A DNA stretch of 64,000 bases, taken from the NCBI GenBank assembly GCA_963815095.1, contig CAWFFH010000005.1, forward strand, positions 32,001-96,000, given 5' to 3'. A program made the translations under genes and the position numbers. Each line of letters starts with the position of its first letter. Within the stretch, counting starts at the first letter, position 1. Shown in pieces: positions 57,009 through 64,000 of the stretch. Below the pieces are notes generated by a model that saw only the letters and a program-made list of their open reading frames with translations, did not search any database and was not told where the DNA came from. The stretch comes from Candidatus Bathyarchaeota archaeon (GTDB lineage Archaea; Thermoproteota; Bathyarchaeia; Bathyarchaeales; Bathycorpusculaceae).

Positions 57009-58715
57009 ATGCCCACAATCGACATAGATTACGCTGAACTTGAACGCTTACTTAACATGAAATTGAATGGTGACATGGCAAAACTCGACGATATCCTTGC
57101 TTTTGTCAAAGCTGAAGTCAAAGCATTTAACGAAAAAGAGAACTCAGTTAGTATTGAAATGAAGGATACTGCACGTGCTGACCTCTGGAGTGTTGAAGGT
57201 TTAAACCGAGCATTGCAGGGCTACATCAAACAAACAAAAGGAATAAAACAATACACAGTGGGGAAATCAGTCCTTGAAGTCAATGTTAATGCCCAACTTT
57301 ACAATATTCGCCCTTACATTTGCTGCTCCGTAATCAAAGGCATTCATCTTTCTGACAGCGTTATTAAAGGCATTATGCACTTGCAAGACAAGCTCGATCA
57401 AACCAATGGTAGAAGTCGCCAAAAAACCTCAATAGGCATTTACAATTTGGATCTTATCAAGCCGCCCATTGAATACACTGCTGTTAAGCCTAAGGATGTG
57501 CGTTTTGTTCCGTTGGGTTTTTCAGATCAAATGGGTTTGGATGAAATCTTGGAAAAGCATCCTAAAGGAGTCGAGTATGGGCATATAGTCAAGAAGAACC
57601 CACTCTACCCGATGCTGTTTGACTGTGAAGGTAAAGTGCTCTCGTTCCCCCCAATCATAAACTCGAACGATTTGGGCAAAATCACTGAGCAATCATGCAA
57701 CTTGCTGGTTGAAGTTACGGGGACTTTGTATAAGACAGTCTTGAACACGTTGAATCTGGTTACTTTAGCGTTGATTGACCGAGGCGGCAAAGCCTTCAGT
57801 GCCACAGTGCACTACCCACAAAAATCCAATTACACAGAAGAAACAGTTGTTACTCCTAACTTTGATAACAAACGATTCCAGCTAATTGTTGAGGATACCA
57901 ACCGCCTTTTGGGCTTAAAGCTGAATGCTACAGAGATTGGTGATTTGTTATTGACTGCTGGATTGGGCGTGGAGAACATTTCAGATGAAGCTCTCACGGT
58001 TCTGGTTCCATGTTACCGTGTTGACGTTATGCATCAAGTGGACATAATCGAGGATGTCGCCATTGCATACGGCTACAACAACATTGAGCCAATATGGCGT
58101 GACCTGCCCACAACTGGCGCTGCAAAGCCTGACCAACCCTTCATTGATGTAGCTCGGGAATTAATGGTTGGACTTGGCTACCAAGAAACCCTCAACACCA
58201 CACTAACCAACCAGGAAACCCTCTTCAAGAAAATGAACGCCGAACCAACCAAAATCATCGAGTTATCTAACCCAAAAATAGTAACCATGACCTGCTTGCG
58301 CAATACGCTATTGCCGAGCCTCATGGAGTTCCTCAGTGTTAACCAATCTGTAGAGTTCCCTCAAAAAATCTTCGAACTAGGCAAAGTTACTTTGCCAGAC
58401 CAAACAAGGGAAACCCAGACACGAGATGAAGATTGGCTATCAGGAGTAACAGCACATCCAAATGCGAATTTCAGTGAAATCAAATCTGCTTTAGACTCGT
58501 TCATGGGCAACTTTGGCGTGGAATGGACAATAAAAGATACTGCTCACCCAAGTTTCATCCAAGGCAGAACCGGCACCGTCATAGTTGATGGTTCTGAAGT
58601 TGGCATTGTTGGAGAAGTTAATCCTGTGGTTCTTGAAGCTTGGAAACTTGAGAATCCTGTGGCGGCGTTTGAAGTTAATTTCAAGAAAATTCTTGAAAAA
58701 AAATTGCTAAAATAA
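57009..58715 (+). CDS. pheT: Phenylalanyl-tRNA synthetase beta subunit
   Basis: MPTI, RADLWSVEG, LSFPPIINS, DIIEDVAIAYGY. Confidence 0.97.
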   Translation: MPTIDIDYAELERLLNMKLNGDMAKLDDILAFVKAEVKAFNEKENSVSIEMKDTARADLWSVEGLNRALQGYIKQTKGIKQYTVGKSVLEVNVNAQLYNIRPYICCSVIKGIHLSDSVIKGIMHLQDKLDQTNGRSRQKTSIGIYNLDLIKPPIEYTAVKPKDVRFVPLGFSDQMGLDEILEKHPKGVEYGHIVKKNPLYPMLFDCEGKVLSFPPIINSNDLGKITEQSCNLLVEVTGTLYKTVLNTLNLVTLALIDRGGKAFSATVHYPQKSNYTEETVVTPNFDNKRFQLIVEDTNRLLGLKLNATEIGDLLLTAGLGVENISDEALTVLVPCYRVDVMHQVDIIEDVAIAYGYNNIEPIWRDLPTTGAAKPDQPFIDVARELMVGLGYQETLNTTLTNQETLFKKMNAEPTKIIELSNPKIVTMTCLRNTLLPSLMEFLSVNQSVEFPQKIFELGKVTLPDQTRETQTRDEDWLSGVTAHPNANFSEIKSALDSFMGNFGVEWTIKDTAHPSFIQGRTGTVIVDGSEVGIVGEVNPVVLEAWKLENPVAAFEVNFKKILEKKLLK

Positions 58716-58725
58716 AGCTTAACTG

Positions 58726-59520
58726 CTAGAACCATGAGAGGGTTCCGTTTTTCCTAGCAGTTTTCAAGCACCAAGAATAAGCTAGGTAACCGACAGGGAG
58801 AATTATGGCGCACATCAAACCCAAAATGGCGAGGTCGGGCAGAATCGCTGTTATGGCTTGTCCAATTAGCATGGGTCGGATGCAGGTAAAGAAGTAGTAT
58901 TGTGGCACAAAGAAGCTGATTATCTGAAGTGGGAGCGGCATTACGGATATTGGGAAGAGTACGTTTCCAAAGAGGTTGGTGGCGAGCGTGATAATTGTTG
59001 TAACTGGGTCGCCCTGCTTTGTTAAAATCAAGACTCCGGCACCTATCATGCTGAACCCGATGAATGTCCCAATACCCAATCCCACAACTATGATGGTTCC
59101 GATAATGTTGACGCTTAAGATAACGCCGAAGGCGAAAACGCCAACCGACAAATAAATAACAATGACAAGAGTGCTCCAGATGAAGCCCCAAAGCGAACTG
59201 CCCACAATAAAAGTAACCAATCCAGTGGGTGAAACCAACACTTCCTCAAGACTCCAGGGGTTAATTGTTCGCTGAACAAGCGTGAGACTCTGCGACAAAT
59301 ATGTGTTAAAGGCAAGTCCAATTAACAGGTAAGTCACCACGGGCATCCCCAGATTCGCCACGCTTGGCATGGAGGCATTCGCACCCCAAAAAGCATATGA
59401 TAACGCTCCGAAAAGGGCGCTTACAACGCTAAGCAGGATGTTTGTTTTGTAAGTCGAGAACGAAATGATGTCGCGCTTCATGAAGTAGTAAATTTTGTCC
59501 AATTCCTGCGTCAACGTCAT
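58726..59520 (-). CDS. ABC-2 type permease
   Basis: 6 TM; LEEVLVSP; FPISVMP. Confidence 0.88.
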   Translation of the reverse strand: MTLTQELDKIYYFMKRDIISFSTYKTNILLSVVSALFGALSYAFWGANASMPSVANLGMPVVTYLLIGLAFNTYLSQSLTLVQRTINPWSLEEVLVSPTGLVTFIVGSSLWGFIWSTLVIVIYLSVGVFAFGVILSVNIIGTIIVVGLGIGTFIGFSMIGAGVLILTKQGDPVTTIITLATNLFGNVLFPISVMPLPLQIISFFVPQYYFFTCIRPMLIGQAITAILPDLAILGLMCAIILPVGYLAYSWCLKTARKNGTLSWF

Positions 59521-60533
59521 CGACTTACACCTGTCCCTGTCAACTCGATGAAGGCATCCTCCAATGTAGGCTCCTCTTGGCGGAAGTTAACAAGCTTTAT
59601 TTTCTCGTGGAAAAAGAATTCTAACACCATCGGCAAGGCATCTGCATTCTCCAAACGCACCCGAAGCCGCGTCTGCCCAAGAACTGAATCCTGCACTTCT
59701 GAAGCTAAACCCACAACGCCATCCAGACCCCGCAGACTATTCACCTGCGCCTCAGACATGTTCTTAACTACGATGTCGGCGACTTCACCCTTCTTTGCCA
59801 TTCCCTTAAGGGCGTTGGGGGTGTCCAAAGCTACGATTTTGCCCTTGTTCATTATGCCTACGCGGTCGCACATTTGGGAAACCTCTTCGATGTAATGGGT
59901 GGTGTAGAGAACGGTTTTGCCATGTTTTTTGCTGAGGTCGTTTTTTATGAAATCTCTGATGTTTCGTGACGATGTAACGTCTAAGCCTGTAGTAGGCTCA
60001 TCCAACAAAAGAATTGGCGGGTCAGCCAGCAAAGCCCTAGCTAAGGCAAGCTTTCTTTTCATCCCGCCCGAGTATTTCTGAAAAACCTCAAATGCCTTTT
60101 CTTGCATCCCCACTAGCTCCAGCACTTCCATGATTCGCTCGTGTCTGCCGTTTCGGGGGACATTGTTTATGGCAGCGAAGAATTCTAAGTTGCTAAAGCC
60201 GGTTAGCCTCCAGAAGAAGCCGCGTTCGCCTACGCTGAAAATGGTGCCGATTGACTGCTTTACTTGCATCTGTTGCTTAGCAACATCAAAGCCGTTTACA
60301 GTGGCTGTCCCGCTGTCAGGAGGTAACAGGGTGCAGAGCATTTTCACTAAGGTTGTTTTGCCTGCTCCGTTAGGACCTAGAAGCCCGAAGAGTTCACCTT
60401 TTTTTACGTTTAGGTTAAGGTTGTCTACGGCGTTAACAGAGAACGATTTGTGTTTGAAGAGGCTGGTGTTTGGGGTTTTAGTTTTGTATATCTTTGTCAG
60501 GTTGATTGTTTGAATGGCGAGCTCGTTTTGCAA
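59517..60533 (-). CDS. ABC-2 type ATP-binding protein
   Basis: GPNGAGKTT, YSGGMKRKL, LLLDEPT, EPTLEDAF; probable TTG start. Confidence 0.93.
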   Translation of the reverse strand: MQNELAIQTINLTKIYKTKTPNTSLFKHKSFSVNAVDNLNLNVKKGELFGLLGPNGAGKTTLVKMLCTLLPPDSGTATVNGFDVAKQQMQVKQSIGTIFSVGERGFFWRLTGFSNLEFFAAINNVPRNGRHERIMEVLELVGMQEKAFEVFQKYSGGMKRKLALARALLADPPILLLDEPTTGLDVTSSRNIRDFIKNDLSKKHGKTVLYTTHYIEEVSQMCDRVGIMNKGKIVALDTPNALKGMAKKGEVADIVVKNMSEAQVNSLRGLDGVVGLASEVQDSVLGQTRLRVRLENADALPMVLEFFFHEKIKLVNFRQEEPTLEDAFIELTGTGVSR

Positions 60534-60670
60534 CCTTAAACCCCTTTTTAATGCATCAATATGTTTGAGAAAAATTCTTGCAAGTTTTGTTAGCGTTAAA
60601 GGCAATTAAGCATTTCTGCTTTCACTTCAAAAAAAATTGTTAGTTAAAATAAGGGAAAAATGGGATCGAT

Positions 60671-63127
60671 TTACTTTCGCTTTAGCATATTCTCAAGAAT
60701 TGGCTTGAGTTTGGCGTTTTCGGCTTGAATCTTTTCCTTGCCCAGTGCTTTCATGTCAGCGTCGATTTCTTTTATGACTTCAGCGTAGTGTATGCCTTCT
60801 GCGGCTGAAACGTATTCAACTCGGAACCGCTCGGGGCTCATGCCAAGTTTGGTAAGCATGCCTTTGAGGGCGTCAGTTCGAGCTTTCATCTTGTAGTTTC
60901 CGCTGATATAGTGGCAGTCGTAGGGTAAGTGACATGCGCCAACGAGAACCATGCCTGCGCCAAGTCTAAGTGCTTCAAGAACGAATTCTCGGGCAACTCT
61001 GCCACTGCACATGACACGGATAGCACGAACACTAGCTGGGTAATCGCAGCGGCTGATGCCAGCGAGGTCTGCGCCTGCGTAACTACACCAGTTGCAGAGG
61101 ATAGCTAAGATTTTTTCTTCTGGATTCTCGGCAAGTGCGGCTCGAACTTGGGCCATGATTTGTGCGTCTGTAAAGTGCATTTGTGTGATGGCGTGTTGTG
61201 GGCATTCGGCAACGCATGTTCCGCAGCCGTGACAGCTTGCAGTGATTATGTTGGCGGGTTGGCCTTTTTCTTGTCTGATGGCGCCGTATGGGCATTTGTC
61301 AACGCAGAGACCGCATTTTTTGCATTTTTCTTCGTCAACGATGGAGATTATGGGTTCAATTTTCCATTTTGGTTTGCTAATAACTGTTGCTGCTCTTGCT
61401 GCTGCGCCGCTTCCTTGGGAAACACTGGCGGGAATATCCTTTAGGCCTACGCATGCACCCGCATAGAACACTCCATCGGTGGGTGCATCCATGGGTTTAA
61501 GTTTGGGGTGTGCCTCCATGAAGAAACCGTCTGATCCACGTGAGAGGTTGAGTATGCGTGCAACTTCTTCTGAGCCTTTTTTGGGTATCGCGGCAGTTGC
61601 AAGTACAACCATATCGGCATCGACTTCGATGGGTTGTCCAAGGATTGAATCTTCTGAGTGAACAATTAAGTTGTGGGTTTTTGGATCTTCATCTATGCGG
61701 CTTACGCGTCCACGGATGAAGATTACTCCTCGTTCCCGTGCGCGGTCGTAAAATTCCTCGTAGCCCTTGCCTGGGCTGCGAATGTCCATGTAGAAAACGT
61801 AGACTTCGATATCTTCCTTGTACTTCTCTTTGAGCTGGACAACATGTTTGAGTGTGTACATGCAACCGAAATTGCAGCAGTATGGGTAATGACTCTTGTC
61901 TCGGCTGCCGACGCATTGGATGAAAGCGATTTTGTGGGGTTTTTGGCCGTCGGATTGGCGGATCACTTTGCCGCCTGTGGGACCAGCTGCGAGAATTAAT
62001 CGTTCGAACTCCATGCTCGTGATGACGTTGGGGTATTTCCCATAGCCAAGCAATGGCATGTCGTAAGGCAGGTAAACGTCAAAACCTGTTGAAACAATAA
62101 TTGCGCCAACATCAAATTCGACTTCTTCAGGCTTCTGGTTGAAATCGATGGCTTGGCGTTCACCGCAAACCTCAGTGCATTTGAAGCATTCAATGCAGTA
62201 GTCTCGGTTGATAGAGTAAATTAACGGCACCGTCTGGTCGAATGGCACGGAAATTGCTTTGCGGGTACCCAAGTTCATATCCCACTCATTTGGGTATTCA
62301 ATTGGGCAAGCTTCTTTGCATTCGCCACAACCAGTGCATTTTTCTGAGATGACGTAACGTGCATTTTTTCGGATTTTTACTTTAAAGTTGCCAATGTAAC
62401 CGTCCACTTTGACAAGTTCAGAGTTTGCAAAGATGGTGATGTTTGGATGGCGTGCGCAGTCGACCATTTTTGGTCCTTCAATGCAGATGCTGCAGTCCAA
62501 GGTTGGGAAGGTTTTGTCGAGTGCAGCCATGTGACCCCCTATGCTCTGGGTGTTCTCTAACATGTAGACTTTGTAGCCCATTTCTGCTAAGTCTAAAGCT
62601 GCATTCATGCCTGCGATTCCGCCGCCGATGATGAGCGCCTTGTTGGTTACTGGGACTTCGATGGTTTGTAACGGCTGCATAAGACGCACTTTTGCGACTG
62701 CCATTCGTACAGAGTCTTTGGCGCGTTCTGTTGCGGCTTTGGGGTCACTTTGGTGGCACCAGGACGCGAATTCGCGGATGTTTGCCATTTCGTAGAGGAA
62801 TGGGTTTAAGCCTGCTTCAGAAACAGTGCGGCGGAAGGTGGGTTCGTGCATTCTAGGTGAGCATGCGGCGATGACTACGCGGTTTAGGTTTTGTTCTTTG
62901 ATGGCTTTGCGGATTTCTGCTTGTCCCGGGTCTGCACATGTGTAGCGGTTCTCTTTAACAAAAACAACGTCTGGAATAGATCGAGCGTATTCAGCGATCG
63001 CTTTAACATCTACGGTTCCTGCGATGTTGAGTCCGCAGTGGCAGACGAAAACGCCGACTCGTAACTCTTCTGGTTTGCAAGCAACGCATGTTTCTGGTTG
63101 TTTTGGGGATGTTTCTGTGTTACTCAT
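60671..63127 (-). CDS. hdrA: Heterodisulfide reductase subunit A fused to MvhD
   Basis: VGVFVCHCG, ACSPRMHE, GGGIAG FAD motif, IQCVGSRD, ferredoxin motifs; C-terminal CNWCSYAGAD...RVMCSGR...CH...CHY. Confidence 0.95.
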   Translation of the reverse strand: MSNTETSPKQPETCVACKPEELRVGVFVCHCGLNIAGTVDVKAIAEYARSIPDVVFVKENRYTCADPGQAEIRKAIKEQNLNRVVIAACSPRMHEPTFRRTVSEAGLNPFLYEMANIREFASWCHQSDPKAATERAKDSVRMAVAKVRLMQPLQTIEVPVTNKALIIGGGIAGMNAALDLAEMGYKVYMLENTQSIGGHMAALDKTFPTLDCSICIEGPKMVDCARHPNITIFANSELVKVDGYIGNFKVKIRKNARYVISEKCTGCGECKEACPIEYPNEWDMNLGTRKAISVPFDQTVPLIYSINRDYCIECFKCTEVCGERQAIDFNQKPEEVEFDVGAIIVSTGFDVYLPYDMPLLGYGKYPNVITSMEFERLILAAGPTGGKVIRQSDGQKPHKIAFIQCVGSRDKSHYPYCCNFGCMYTLKHVVQLKEKYKEDIEVYVFYMDIRSPGKGYEEFYDRARERGVIFIRGRVSRIDEDPKTHNLIVHSEDSILGQPIEVDADMVVLATAAIPKKGSEEVARILNLSRGSDGFFMEAHPKLKPMDAPTDGVFYAGACVGLKDIPASVSQGSGAAARAATVISKPKWKIEPIISIVDEEKCKKCGLCVDKCPYGAIRQEKGQPANIITASCHGCGTCVAECPQHAITQMHFTDAQIMAQVRAALAENPEEKILAILCNWCSYAGADLAGISRCDYPASVRAIRVMCSGRVAREFVLEALRLGAGMVLVGACHLPYDCHYISGNYKMKARTDALKGMLTKLGMSPERFRVEYVSAAEGIHYAEVIKEIDADMKALGKEKIQAENAKLKPILENMLKRK

Positions 63128-63999
63128 TTGAATTCCTCCGTTTTGAGTCCTTCCGAAATAAAGCGTTTCTCAACGACTTTGCGTCTATTCTCGGCTGCTT
63201 GAGATTTTAGTTCCTTAGTGGCATCAGCTTGGCTGGTTATTCGCTCTAAGGATTTATTCCATGTACCCGAATGGATAGGTGTATGAAGAACTTTGGTGCG
63301 TTTAACACACAACGCCTCTTCTGTTGGGCAAACGTTCTTGCAAGCACCACAGTAAGTACATAACGATTCATTAACGTAGACCCTCTTATCTTCCCCCAGA
63401 ACAAGTGCTCCTGGAATAGGACAAACGTCAAGGCAATCTGCACAGCCTACAGGACATTTTTCTTGGGTTATACTGATTTTTCCTTCAAAGGTTTTTTTGA
63501 CTTTTAATGCACCCTGCTTGCATTTTACTTCACATAATTTGCAGGTTGGGCAGTAATCTTTTTGGATATTGAGTGTAAGTTGAACTCGTTTTTTCTCGTT
63601 GGGCGAGAGAGCCGCTATATTTTCGACTGGTTTGCCGTCGAAGCCCACTTTGCAGATTTTTATGAGCTTTAGTGGACAAGCGTTTTCGCATTCGACGCAT
63701 TCTTTCTCGCATTTGTGTGTGTCTACTGCGATTTCTTTGACGAGTTGGGGGTAGCTATCTTTTTCCAAGATGGGTAGGTCATGAGCATCGTTGAGAGTAA
63801 CTTTTATTGCTCCGTAGGGGCAGGTGACATCGCAGATTCCACAGAAATTGCATTTTGCCAAGTCAATGTCCACTTTGGCTTTCTTGGCTTTTTCCCCTGC
63901 AACTTTAGGTTGCTTAATGGTTTTTATGGCTTCTTTTGGGCAAGCCGCAGTGCATACTTGACAGCCGACACAGCGGTTCTTGTCTAGAGTTAACTTGTA
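63124..63999 (-). CDS. Polyferredoxin (FwdF-like), 5' end outside window
   Basis: Six CxxCxxCxxxC-type motifs; frame stays open to window edge (YKLTLDKNRCVGCQVCTAACP). Confidence 0.85.
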   Translation of the reverse strand, partial: YKLTLDKNRCVGCQVCTAACPKEAIKTIKQPKVAGEKAKKAKVDIDLAKCNFCGICDVTCPYGAIKVTLNDAHDLPILEKDSYPQLVKEIAVDTHKCEKECVECENACPLKLIKICKVGFDGKPVENIAALSPNEKKRVQLTLNIQKDYCPTCKLCEVKCKQGALKVKKTFEGKISITQEKCPVGCADCLDVCPIPGALVLGEDKRVYVNESLCTYCGACKNVCPTEEALCVKRTKVLHTPIHSGTWNKSLERITSQADATKELKSQAAENRRKVVEKRFISEGLKTEEFK

Positions 64000-64000
64000 A

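Noticed and set aside
60671-63127. Selenocysteine recoding in HdrA/MvhD
   Set aside because: The ORF is uninterrupted with Cys at the motif positions; no in-frame TGA.

Overview
Archaeal chromosomal window. Gene content fits Bathyarchaeia/Thermoproteota (inference from the Cdv/ESCRT-III operon, H4MPT genes, HdrA-MvhD fusion and a PEF-CTERM-like protein). 1-5.2 kb: a secreted repeat protein and a toxin-antitoxin island (3 complete pairs, a truncated RHH antitoxin, an HTH ORF). 5.4-14.3 kb: a 1899-aa multi-domain secreted enzyme and an S53 peptidase that share a 75-aa C-terminal module, with a collagen-like gene between them. 14.3-20.6 kb: a Cys-rich NosL/MerB-like + FtsX/LolD ABC operon downstream of tatA/tatC. 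21-22.3 kb: a truncated divergent chaperonin joined to an exact 257-bp duplicate of tatA. 22.5-30.5 kb: apgM, the cdvB-like/cdvA/cdvB/cdvC operon (cdvB appears to start at ATA), pyrK/pyrD and an unannotated 16-aa Lys-rich micro-ORF. 30.8-41.4 kb: a hybrid pterin/methanopterin biosynthesis cluster, a LipS2-type radical SAM and a degenerate homocitrate-synthase-like gene. 41.5-53.4 kb: membrane and coiled-coil proteins, a CBS-HPF fusion, three paralogous Pol-beta-type nucleotidyltransferases beside citG-like and mch. 53.4-64 kb: an ECF S component, pheST, an ABC-2 transporter, hdrA-mvhD and a partial polyferredoxin. I recognised no rRNA, tRNA, CRISPR array or transposase. All family calls are from motif recognition by eye, not database searches.
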